Position numbers and translations under genes: made by a program. The notes beneath the pieces are model-generated. The model was not told the origin of the DNA. It was given only the letters and a program-made list of their open reading frames with translations, and searched no databases. Of a stretch of DNA of 64,000 nucleotides, positions 31,667-43,893 are shown piece after piece. Numbering within the stretch: position 1 is the first letter of the stretch; the number at the start of each line of letters is the position of its first letter. The DNA is from Candidatus Eiseniibacteriota bacterium (GTDB lineage: Bacteria; Eisenbacteria; RBG-16-71-46; SZUA-252): the NCBI GenBank assembly GCA_963703225.1, contig OY969801.1, forward strand, positions 2,944,001 through 3,008,000, in the 5' to 3' direction.

Positions 31667-32685
31667 GCGCCCTCCGACTCCGTCGTCTCCCGCGCCGGAA
31701 GGACCAGCGTGCCGTCGGACCGGCGGTCGGGGATCACGCAACTCCCCTTCTTCGCCTTGCCGATCTTCTTCAGCTCCTTGGCCACGTCGGCTACCTGGGC
31801 GCTGTGCTGGATGTCGCGCGCGACGTTGGTCACGATCAGGATGGTGATGGAGAGGATCTCAAAGTTCTGGACGCCGCCCTGGCGGCTGGAGTGGACGGTG
31901 ATGTGACCCCGGTTCCGGTCCTCGGGGTCGTACTGCTCGCCGATCGTCGCGTCGAACTGGATCAGGATCTCGTCGGCGATCCGTAGCGCGCGCTCCGGAA
32001 CGGTGATGATCACGAAGTCGTCCCCGCCGATGTGCCCGACGAAGTCCTTGTTGCCGCCATGCCGCTCGATGACCTGGTGCAGAAGCGAGGCGGTGAAGCG
32101 AATCAGCGAGTCGCCCCGCGCGTACCCGTAGTAGTCGTTGAAGGGCTTGAAGTAGTCGAGGTCGAGATGCAGAAAGGCGAACTTCTCCCCCGCGGTGATC
32201 CGCTGCGTGAGCTCGGTTTCGATGAGCACGTTTCCGGGCAACCCGGTCAGCGCGTTCGACTGGAGCTGGGCCCTCCGAGTCTTGAGCTGATTCCGCACCC
32301 GGAAGAGGAGCTCCATGTGCTCCCATGGCTTGGTGATGTAGTCGTCGGCGAAGACCTCGAGGCCGCGGAGTCGATCGTCCAGGGCCGACTTGGCGGTCAG
32401 GAAGATGACCGGAATGCGGCTCGTCAACGGATCGGACTTGAGCCGCATGCAGACGTCGAACCCGTTGAGCCCGGGCATCATGACGTCGAGCAGGATCAGA
32501 TCGGGGGGATCGCGGCGGATTTCCTCGAGCCCCTTCAACCCGTCTTCCGCGGTGCGGACTTCGTACTTCGCGTCCTTCGCGTCTTCGAGCTGCTTTTTCA
32601 AAATGAAGCGAAGGCGCGGCTCGTCCTCGATGACGAGGATGCGGCCGGCATCCGCCGTCGGCGTCTGGTTCACAGGCACGCTCAC
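31663..32685 (-). CDS. Response regulator diguanylate cyclase (REC-GGDEF, GGDDF variant)
   Basis: LLDVMMPG receiver; NALTGLPGN, DLDYFKPFNDYYGYARGD and GHIGGDDF; no RxxD I-site. Confidence 0.88.
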   Translation of the reverse strand: MSVPVNQTPTADAGRILVIEDEPRLRFILKKQLEDAKDAKYEVRTAEDGLKGLEEIRRDPPDLILLDVMMPGLNGFDVCMRLKSDPLTSRIPVIFLTAKSALDDRLRGLEVFADDYITKPWEHMELLFRVRNQLKTRRAQLQSNALTGLPGNVLIETELTQRITAGEKFAFLHLDLDYFKPFNDYYGYARGDSLIRFTASLLHQVIERHGGNKDFVGHIGGDDFVIITVPERALRIADEILIQFDATIGEQYDPEDRNRGHITVHSSRQGGVQNFEILSITILIVTNVARDIQHSAQVADVAKELKKIGKAKKGSCVIPDRRSDGTLVLPARETTESEGA

Positions 32686-32876
32686 GGGTTGCCCTCGGTG
32701 TGGGGCGGCTTGGAAGTTGGCTCCTCTGTTGCGATTAATCGACGAAGGGGGGAATCATCTTGAGCGGGAAGGGCTTGCGCGGAAGCGGGGTGCGATTCCG
32801 GGCTATGCCCCCTAATTGCCGCTACTGCTTTGTGTTACGAGATGCCAGCTGCGGTGTGGGGCGGCCCTGTTTCCCT

Positions 32877-33881
32877 TCAGCCCAGGTCGAACGAATCCAG
32901 GTTGGGAATCGCGGTCGCTGTGAGAGGCGTGTGCGCGCCGCGTTTGAGCGCGAGCCAACCCGCGTAGGCGATCATCGCGCCGTTGTCGCGGCAGAAGGGC
33001 GGCGAGGGAAAGAGCGCGGGGATGCCGTGCTTCTCCGCGATCCGGGTCGCCTCGCTCCGAAGCAGCGTGTTGCACGCGCATCCTCCGGCGATCGTCAGCG
33101 CGCGCGCGTTGTGGCGCTCCAGCGCTTGCGAGAGCCGCTCGATGAGCGGGGCGACGATCGCTCGTTCGGCCGACGCGGCGATGTCCCGGACCCGCGAATC
33201 GGGAATGGGGCGCGGCTCGCGCTCCACGAGCAGCTTCACCGCGGTCTTGAGCCCGCTCATGCTCACGTCGAGGGTCTCGCCTTTGAGCCGCGCCACCGGG
33301 AAGTCGATGGCGCGCGGGTTTCCGTCGCGCGCGAGGCGATCGACTTCGGGGCCGCCTGGATAGGGGAGGCCGAGGAGTTTCCCCACCTTGTCGAACGCCT
33401 CTCCCGCCGCGTCATCGCGTGTGGAGCCAAGCCGACGCACCAACCCGGGTTCCGCGACGTGGTAGATCTCCGTGTGCCCACCGGACGCGACCATTCCGAT
33501 GAATGGAAATTGGAGCTCGTGTTCGAGCCCGGCGGACAACAGGTGCGCCTCGACGTGATTCACGGCGACAAACGGAATCCCGCGCGCCATCGAGAGCCCC
33601 TTCGCGAACTCGATCCCCACGAGGAGCGATCCCACGAGGCCCGGGCCGAGGGTCGCGGCCACGGCGTCGATCGAGTCGATCGAGGCGCCTGTATCGCGGA
33701 GGAGCTCTTCGAGAACGCGGGGAAGGAGCGTGATGTGGGCTCGCGACGCGTGCTCGGGCACCACGCCGCCGTACTCGACGTGCACGTCCTGCGACCGCAC
33801 CACGTGGGCGACCAGCCGCCCGTCATCGAGCAGCGCCGCCCCCGTGTCATCGCACGAGGTCTCGATTCCTAGGACGCGCAT
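32877..33881 (-). CDS. tsaD: tRNA N6-threonylcarbamoyltransferase
   Basis: LGIETSCDDT, GGVVPEHASRAH, GPGLVGSL, NHVEAH, SGGHT, DDAAGEAFDK and CRDNGAMIA. Confidence 0.96.
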   Translation of the reverse strand: MRVLGIETSCDDTGAALLDDGRLVAHVVRSQDVHVEYGGVVPEHASRAHITLLPRVLEELLRDTGASIDSIDAVAATLGPGLVGSLLVGIEFAKGLSMARGIPFVAVNHVEAHLLSAGLEHELQFPFIGMVASGGHTEIYHVAEPGLVRRLGSTRDDAAGEAFDKVGKLLGLPYPGGPEVDRLARDGNPRAIDFPVARLKGETLDVSMSGLKTAVKLLVEREPRPIPDSRVRDIAASAERAIVAPLIERLSQALERHNARALTIAGGCACNTLLRSEATRIAEKHGIPALFPSPPFCRDNGAMIAYAGWLALKRGAHTPLTATAIPNLDSFDLG

Positions 33882-34014
33882 GTGACGAGTGTAGCTCGAT
33901 TCGCGATCATCAAGGGCTGACGCGAGCGGGACTGACCGGAGAGACCGTCCGCAGCCCGTGTCTTTGCTTCTTGCGGGCGAGGACCCGTGTCCCGAAGGTC
34001 AGATCCCGATCGTG

Positions 34015-34422
34015 TCAGCCCCTCACGATCGCGAGCCGGTTACGCGCGCGTTCGAGCGCGGCTTTGGCGCGGAGCACGTCGATGCCGCGGGACGGCTCGC
34101 GCAGGCGGCCCTCGGCGCGCGCTCGCGAGGCTTCGGCGCGGGCGCGGTCGATCTGGTCGAATCGCTCCGCGGTGTCGGCCAGCACGGTCGCTCGGTTCGC
34201 CGAGACCTCGAGAAATCCGCCGCTCACCGCGTAGCTCGACAGGTTCCCGCCCGGCTCGCGGACGTCGAGCCGGCCCGGGCGAAGCGAGGTGATCAGCGCG
34301 GCGTGATGGGCGAGGATGCCCAGATAGCCCTCAGTGCCCGGCGCCTGCAACGAGACAACCGGCGCTTCGAGGACGAGGCGCTGCGGCGTGACGAGCCGGA
34401 AGGTGAAGATGGCGTCGGCCAT
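34015..34422 (-). CDS. atpC: ATP synthase F1 epsilon subunit
   Basis: LVTPQR, GYLGILAHHA, AVSGGFLEV and ALERARNRL. Confidence 0.93.
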   Translation of the reverse strand: MADAIFTFRLVTPQRLVLEAPVVSLQAPGTEGYLGILAHHAALITSLRPGRLDVREPGGNLSSYAVSGGFLEVSANRATVLADTAERFDQIDRARAEASRARAEGRLREPSRGIDVLRAKAALERARNRLAIVRG

Positions 34423-34442
34423 GGCTGATTCCGTTCCCCCGC

Positions 34443-38284
<3,842 letters not shown>

Positions 38285-38287
38285 GCG

Positions 38288-38845
38288 TCAACCTCTTCCG
38301 TGGACCCGCGTCTGGAGGAGGTGACGGCGAATCCGCCACAGCTCCGTCGCGAGGGTATTGTCGATGACCTGATGGTCGAGCGAGACGACCGCGCCCCCAA
38401 GGAGCGCCGCGTCCACCTCGCGCGTGAGCAGAATCTTGAGCCCGGTTCGCCGGGCCAGCGCGCCCGTGAGTTCCTCCGCCTGGCGATCGGTGATGGGAAC
38501 CGCGGTCCGGATGAGCGCCCGCCGGATGCCCCGCGCTCCCTCCGCCATCTTCTCGAATTCGTCGGCGATCGCGATGAGGTGATCCAGCCGCCGGCGGCGG
38601 AGCAATACGTGAAAGAGGCCGTAGATCGGACGCCCGACTTTGGGCTTGAGGCGATTCTCGAGGAACGAGAGCTTCTCGGCGCGGGTGATGGAAGGCGACT
38701 CGAAGTAGCGTCGCATGCGGGGCTCGCGTGCGAAGAGCGCCGCGACCTCCCCGAGCTCGGACTGGGTCTGATCGAGCTCCTTCTGCTTTTCGGCCAGGCT
38801 GAGAAGCGCGCGCGCGTAGCGGCGCGCCAGGGTCACGGAGATCAT
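38288..38845 (-). CDS. atpH: ATP synthase delta subunit
   Basis: ARRYARAL and VDAALLGG; operon position. Confidence 0.93.
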   Translation of the reverse strand: MISVTLARRYARALLSLAEKQKELDQTQSELGEVAALFAREPRMRRYFESPSITRAEKLSFLENRLKPKVGRPIYGLFHVLLRRRRLDHLIAIADEFEKMAEGARGIRRALIRTAVPITDRQAEELTGALARRTGLKILLTREVDAALLGGAVVSLDHQVIDNTLATELWRIRRHLLQTRVHGRG

Positions 38846-39333
38846 CGGGCCTGCTCCACCTCCGCCAGGAAGCTGTCCACCAGCTTCTTGTGTCGGTCGG
38901 CGGTCAGCTCCTCATGGACCACCTTCGTGGCGATCCCCATGGCCAGCTCCACGACCTCGTTCCGAAGCGCGATCTGCGCTTTGTCCCGCTCGAGAGCGAT
39001 CTCCTCCCGCGCCCGGGTGATCATCTCCTGGGCCTCGGTCCTCGCGATCTCGCGGATCTCGGCGGCCAGCTGCTGGCCCTCCACCACCGCGCTCTGAATC
39101 CGCTCCCGGCTTTCAGCCTCGACCCGCTTCAGATGCTGTTCGTATTCCTGACGGATCCGAACCGCCTCCGCCTTCTCCTTCTCGATCCGCTCCAGCTCGG
39201 CGCGGATTCGCTCGCGGCGCTCCTTCATGGGCGGGTAGATGATCGAAAGAAACGCCCCGCGGACGAGGAAGAAGAAAACGATGAAGCTCAGGACATGAGC
39301 GATGAGCTGGTTCACGTGAACCATCTGGTCCAT
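38842..39333 (-). CDS. atpF: ATP synthase F0 b subunit
   Basis: N-terminal TM, ERRERIRAEL coiled coil; operon position. Confidence 0.92.
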   Translation of the reverse strand: MDQMVHVNQLIAHVLSFIVFFFLVRGAFLSIIYPPMKERRERIRAELERIEKEKAEAVRIRQEYEQHLKRVEAESRERIQSAVVEGQQLAAEIREIARTEAQEMITRAREEIALERDKAQIALRNEVVELAMGIATKVVHEELTADRHKKLVDSFLAEVEQAR

Positions 39334-39388
39334 AAGGCCTTTCCAGGGTCGGGGCGACCGGCGGATCGCCGGTATGGCCCTCGACCTG

Positions 39389-39622
39389 TTACCCGATCCT
39401 GCCTTGAAGGAAGAACATCGTGACGAACGCGTAGATCGTGAGCGCCTCGGCAAAACCGAAGCCGATGATCATGGCGACCTGGAGCTTGGGGAGAATTTCC
39501 GGTTGGCGGCCCATGGCCTCCATGGCTCCCTTCCCCAAGAAACCGATCCCGATGCCCGAACCGATGGCCGCGAGGCCGATTCCCAGCGGAAGCCCGAATC
39601 CTAGGGTGGCTGCGAAGTTCAC
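39389..39622 (-). CDS. atpE: ATP synthase F0 c subunit (H+-type: EAL, no Na+ motif)
   Basis: GTG start with AAAGGAGG; GLAAIGSGIGIG, RQPE and FAEALTIY. Confidence 0.95.
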   Translation of the reverse strand: MNFAATLGFGLPLGIGLAAIGSGIGIGFLGKGAMEAMGRQPEILPKLQVAMIIGFGFAEALTIYAFVTMFFLQGRIG

Positions 39623-39681
39623 TTCATTCACCTCCTTTGTGTGTGCGTGATCCGCGCTTCTCGGAACAAACCGTACTCGTA

Positions 39682-41061
39682 CTAGTGCGCTGCCTCCGTC
39701 TCTCCGTGCGCGTCCGTCTCGTGCGGCAGCATCATGTAGAGGTAGACCGTCGCGAGGAGGGAGAAGATCAGAGCCTGGACAATGGCCGTGAGCGTCTGGA
39801 GCATCATGAAGAGGGCCGAGATCCCCAAGAGCGGCGGGACCGCGAGCGCCGTCAAACTTGCCTTCAAGCAGAGCGCGGTCGCCCCGACGAACACGACGAT
39901 CAGGGTGTCCTCGCCGAAGATATTTCCAAAAAGACGGCAGGAGAGGCTGACCGGCTTGGCCAACTCCCCGAGAATGTGAACCGGGAGCATCACCGGCAAC
40001 ATCGCCCACCCAATCGCGTCGCGCGGCGACCCGGCCAGGTGATCCAGATAGCCCACGATGCCGAGATTTCGGATTCCCCAGACTTGAACGTAGAGGAACG
40101 TAATGAGCGCCAGCGCCAGCGTCAGGTCGAGCGTGGACGTCGCCGACATGAAGCCGGGAATGATCCCGAGCAGGTTGATCGTGAGGATGTAGAAGAAGAG
40201 CGCGAAAATGAAGGGCAGGTAGCGCTCGGCGTACCTCCCGAGGAGTCCGCCGCAGACGTCTTCCATACTCTCGACGATCCACTCGAGGCCGTTCTGGAGT
40301 TGGCCCGGCACCGGCGTCGGGCGGCGCATGGCGAGCCAGGACACGAGCAGAAAGACCATCCCCCCGAGCCAGGCAAAGACCAGGTACTCGTTCTCGTGCA
40401 TCCAGTGGACGACCGGGTTGTGGGGGAAGTAATCGTTCAGGAGGATGATCCAATTGGGAAGGTGCTGAACGCCGCCGCCTTCCGAATTCGCCTGCTCCGC
40501 GTGGGTCCCGGCCGCCTGTTCGACGTGCGCGCCCCCGGCCGTCTCCCCTTGCCCCTCGCCGGAGGCGAGCGCGAGGGTGGGCGCGGCCAGGAACGACGCG
40601 AGGAGAAGGACGAGAATAAGTAGGGCGGCAGGCTTGGCGGCGTTCCCGGAGGTAGCCGCTGTCTTGGTCGCCCGCCGCACCCAAGACGATGGCCCCGATC
40701 CAAAAGCCAGCATGATCGACTTGAGGAAGAGCGCGAAAAGTGGAATGGAGAATCCGAGCACGAGCGGAAGGGGCTCGACGGAACGCGAGACCACGAGCGC
40801 GATCAGCGCGCCGTAGACCACCGCGATCTTGAGTCCGGCGAGCACAAAGAACCCTCCGGGCAATGCCGCCTTCTGCCCCTTATTCCTTGAGATGGCCGAT
40901 TGCGTGAAGAGTTTCACAAGCTTTTCGATAAAAAAGAAATTCAGGGCCGCGAGGATCTGCCCCGCGGCGAGGGCGAGCGCGGCGGAAGGGCGGCTTGGCA
41001 GGAGCACCGCCACCAGAGCCAGGGCGACGAGCCAGGAGGCCTTGAGCGAGCGGATTAACAA
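39682..41061 (-). CDS. atpB: ATP synthase F0 a subunit with an N-terminal AtpI-like membrane domain fused in frame
   Basis: C-terminal part has PGQLQNGLE, NLLGIIPG, KPVSLSCRLFGNI and QALIFSLL; the first ~120 aa are a 4-TM AtpI-like segment. Confidence 0.9.
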   Translation of the reverse strand: MLIRSLKASWLVALALVAVLLPSRPSAALALAAGQILAALNFFFIEKLVKLFTQSAISRNKGQKAALPGGFFVLAGLKIAVVYGALIALVVSRSVEPLPLVLGFSIPLFALFLKSIMLAFGSGPSSWVRRATKTAATSGNAAKPAALLILVLLLASFLAAPTLALASGEGQGETAGGAHVEQAAGTHAEQANSEGGGVQHLPNWIILLNDYFPHNPVVHWMHENEYLVFAWLGGMVFLLVSWLAMRRPTPVPGQLQNGLEWIVESMEDVCGGLLGRYAERYLPFIFALFFYILTINLLGIIPGFMSATSTLDLTLALALITFLYVQVWGIRNLGIVGYLDHLAGSPRDAIGWAMLPVMLPVHILGELAKPVSLSCRLFGNIFGEDTLIVVFVGATALCLKASLTALAVPPLLGISALFMMLQTLTAIVQALIFSLLATVYLYMMLPHETDAHGETEAAH

Positions 41062-41097
41062 GCTCGTCCCTACCCTGTCCTCATTTTCCTTCAGGGT

Positions 41098-41328
41098 TCA
41101 ATCCTCCCGCTGCGACGTCTTGATGATCTTGATGGTCTCGTTCACGCCGGCGACGAAGCCAAGAGCGAGCAGGACAATGCTCAACCAGGGCTGCGTCCGG
41201 AACTTCTGATCGAGGTATTTCCCGAGGAAGTATCCGACGATTGGCGCCAGCGCGAGAATGAACGGTATTGACGAGAGCAGAGCGATCTGCCGCCAGGCGG
41301 TGACCTTCTTCGGATCGATGTCGGTCAC
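41098..41328 (-). CDS. atpZ: AtpZ/AtpI family (ATPase gene 1) protein
   Basis: GYFLGKYLDQKFRTQPWLSIVLLALGFVAG; first gene of the atp operon. Confidence 0.85.
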   Translation of the reverse strand: MTDIDPKKVTAWRQIALLSSIPFILALAPIVGYFLGKYLDQKFRTQPWLSIVLLALGFVAGVNETIKIIKTSQRED

Positions 41329-41426
41329 ACCTAGCTTTCGCCCACGGTGAAACGCGGCGCGGGACCCGGCCCCCGCCGCAACCCTCGATCAGCAGAGGAA
41401 ATCGCTTCGTCGACCCCGAGCCAGGG

Positions 41427-41456
41427 AAGGTACTCGAGCGTGGGCGCGGGGGTCAA
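41427..41456 (-). promoter_or_regulatory. Sigma70-type promoter of the atp operon
   Basis: Minus strand TTGACC-N18-TACCTT. Confidence 0.55.
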
Positions 41457-41460
41457 TGGG

Positions 41461-41527
41461 AAAAGGGGTCGAGGCGTGGGGCGCCGGGCGCTCTCACGCG
41501 CCGCGCGCAACTCCCCACGCCGACCCC
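41461..41527 (-). terminator. Hairpin plus short U-tract ending the upstream RNA candidate
   Basis: GGGGTCGGCGTGGGG...CCCCACGCCTCGACCCC-TTTT on the minus strand. Confidence 0.5.
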
Positions 41528-41714
41528 TAAGTCTAAGGCGGGGCACCTCTTCGCCTCCTCGGCTTCACCACACCGCGGCCCCGACTCCGCAGTGCTCTCC
41601 CCCAAACAGAGGACGCCCCGCCACACCTTTGACCACATCTATATCGCCCCGCGCGGCCCGCCGACCGGCCCACCAGCCCTCCGCGGGTAGCCCCGACGGC
41701 GGGACCGCCGGCAT
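41461..41714 (-). ncRNA. Putative sigma54-dependent multi-hairpin RNA with GGA-containing loops
   Basis: Stems at about 41654-41709 and 41537-41544/41615-41622, with internal hairpins (loops GCGGA and GAGGA); terminal terminator; no credible ORF. Confidence 0.42.
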
Positions 41715-41724
41715 CTCCTCCCAT

Positions 41725-41740
41725 GGCAACCGGCATGCCG
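41725..41740 (-). promoter_or_regulatory. Sigma54 (-24/-12) promoter
   Basis: Minus strand CGGCATGCCGGTTGCC; adjacent inverted repeat GTGTTA-N7-TAACAC (41754-41772). Confidence 0.55.
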
Positions 41741-41979
41741 CCCCTCCAGTAGGGTGTTAATTCCTATAACACTCAGTAGAAAAACGGGTTGCCGGCTGGA
41801 TGAAAATTGGCCTCGGAGCCCCCGGCGTCGCCCTCCGTGGACGCGGGTTTACGAACCGCCAACTCCGGTTGGCCACCCTGAAACCGCATTCAGGGGACAA
41901 GTTCGCTCGGCCAAGGGCCGATAAACGAGGCGATGTCTCTTGCCATGTTCGCGCTCACAAAACGGCCAGGGGCCAACAC

Positions 41980-42501
41980 ATGACGTCACAAGCATCGCCG
42001 ATTGCGTGGATGGATCTGCAGCGTGAGAACGAGCTCGTGGCCGCAGCCCAACGCGGGAATCGAGAGGCATTTCTCGAGCTGGTCCGGCACTACCAGCGCT
42101 CCGTCTATCGCCTCGCGTTCGCGATGACCCGCGACGCCGACGACGCGTCGTCGCTCGCGCAGGAGACGTTCGTGAGGGCGTGGAAGGGGATGCGCGATCT
42201 GCCGGAGAGCCGTCGGTTCTTCCCGTGGGCGCTTCGCATCGCCAGAAACCTCGCGGTCTCACTCGCGCGGAAGCGGGCCGGCACCCAAAAGCCGGGTGAG
42301 GGAGACCTCCTCCTCAATTCGTTCGCGGAGCTAAGGCCGGACGAGCAGATGGCGCTCGCCCTGCGCGTCGTGGAGCGCCTCAAGTACTCCGATATCGCTG
42401 CTCTTCTCGACACTTCCCTCGGCGCCGCCATGGTGCGCATCGCACAGGCGCGGAGCCTGCTCCTCGGGCGGACTTCGGCGACGGAAGGAGAGACGGCGTG
42501 A
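41980..42501 (+). CDS. ECF RNA polymerase sigma factor
   Basis: LVAAAQRGNREAFLELVRHYQ, LAQETFVRAW, WALRIARN and region 4 (LKYSDIAALL). Confidence 0.88.
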   Translation: MTSQASPIAWMDLQRENELVAAAQRGNREAFLELVRHYQRSVYRLAFAMTRDADDASSLAQETFVRAWKGMRDLPESRRFFPWALRIARNLAVSLARKRAGTQKPGEGDLLLNSFAELRPDEQMALALRVVERLKYSDIAALLDTSLGAAMVRIAQARSLLLGRTSATEGETA

Positions 42502-43877
42502 TCCATCTCACTCCCCAGCAGCTCTCCTCGTACATGGACGGGGAGCTGAACGAGGCCTCGACCGAATTGGTCCGCCGCCACATGGGCGCCTGCGAGGAGT
42601 GCACGCTCAAGTTCGCGTCGCTCGAAGTGCAGGAGGACCTGCTGTCGCGCGCGCTGGTCCACGATCCCGGCGACGAATTCTTCGCGGAGTTCACCGCGGC
42701 GGTGGAACGCCAGATTCCCACGGGGAAGGATTCCGGCGCGAAGCCGGCCTCCTTGGCCGCGGCTCGCCCATCGCCGCCCCGGGCCACGCCGACGCCCGCG
42801 GCAAAGCCGGCGGCCCAGGCCGCGCCCCCCGCGGCTGGCCCTCCCCCGACCCCAAGGACGGCGGAGGTGGTCTCGGCCCCGACGTCGGACATGCCGGAGA
42901 TGGAGGAGGTCGGCGCCCACATCCGGAAAGAGAGCGAGAATGCCGCCTTCGTGAGGGCCGCCGCGCCGCCCCGCGCGGTCGAGGCCCCAATGCCGCGGCC
43001 CAAGGCACCCCCGCGCCCGAAACCTTATCGGCCCAAGGTCCGCCGCCCAGCCCCGTCGATTCCCTGGTACGCGGCCGTGATCCTGGCCGTCATCTCGGCG
43101 TCGGTGGGGGTGGTCGTCTCGCGCACGGAGCCGCTTTCCGCGTGGCTCGATTCGGTGATGCACGGATCCGTGGCCCAGCCGACCGATGTGGCGCCCGTCC
43201 CCGACGCGCCCATCACAGCACCTCCCGCGGAGACGGCGCCGGTTCCCAGGGCGAATGTGCCCGACTCCAAGGTCGGCTCGTCCGACTCCAGGGGGAATGC
43301 TCCCGCTGCCAAGGCGAGCGCGGCGGTTTCCAAGGAGAACGCGGCGCTTTCCAAGGAGAGCGGGCAGCCCCGGAGGGAAGCGGTGATTGAGCCGCCGATC
43401 GACGACGAAGCGATGGATCCGGAGATCCAGACCGACGACGCTTCGCTCGCGAACACGCCCGACCTCCCCGAGCCCGAGCCCCAGGAGGCCTCGCGATTCC
43501 TGAAATCCGACGCGCCGCCGCCACGCGCGAAGGACTTGGGCAATCAGGGCGATCCGTTCGGATCCATTCCGGCCGCTGCGGCCGCGCAGGTGCGTGTCGC
43601 CCAGAAGAGCGTGGCGGCGGCCGACAACGATCCATCCCCCGCCCGATACGAGACGGCGGCCGCGGATTGGGAGCGCGCGACGGCGCTGCTTCAAGGCTGG
43701 CAGCAGAGTCAGGGCCGGTTCGAGATCGCATCCGCGAAATATCGTGCCTGGGAGATGGTTCCCACGCCCGGCCGGGCGGCCGCAGCGACCGCCGCCATTC
43801 GTTCGTACATGGCCTCCGCCACGCAGGGTCCCGCCCGGGATCAGGCGCGCGCCTGGATGGCGCGCCTCAGCCGCTGA
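42498..43877 (+). CDS. Zinc-binding anti-sigma factor (zf-HC2) with TM, Pro/Ala-rich linkers and helical C-terminus
   Basis: LSSYMDGEL..RHMGACEEC (HxxxCxxC); TM WYAAVILAVISASVGVVV; GTGA overlap with the sigma factor. Confidence 0.82.
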   Translation: MIHLTPQQLSSYMDGELNEASTELVRRHMGACEECTLKFASLEVQEDLLSRALVHDPGDEFFAEFTAAVERQIPTGKDSGAKPASLAAARPSPPRATPTPAAKPAAQAAPPAAGPPPTPRTAEVVSAPTSDMPEMEEVGAHIRKESENAAFVRAAAPPRAVEAPMPRPKAPPRPKPYRPKVRRPAPSIPWYAAVILAVISASVGVVVSRTEPLSAWLDSVMHGSVAQPTDVAPVPDAPITAPPAETAPVPRANVPDSKVGSSDSRGNAPAAKASAAVSKENAALSKESGQPRREAVIEPPIDDEAMDPEIQTDDASLANTPDLPEPEPQEASRFLKSDAPPPRAKDLGNQGDPFGSIPAAAAAQVRVAQKSVAAADNDPSPARYETAAADWERATALLQGWQQSQGRFEIASAKYRAWEMVPTPGRAAAATAAIRSYMASATQGPARDQARAWMARLSR

Positions 43878-43893
43878 GGGGATCGAGAAGGGG

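Noticed and set aside
31663..32685. Hypr-type (cGAMP-producing) GGDEF
   Set aside because: The substrate-specifying Asp (YGYARGD) is retained rather than replaced by Ser.
39389..39622. Na+-translocating ATP synthase
   Set aside because: The c subunit has E-A-L and lacks the Q...ES/T sodium-binding signature.
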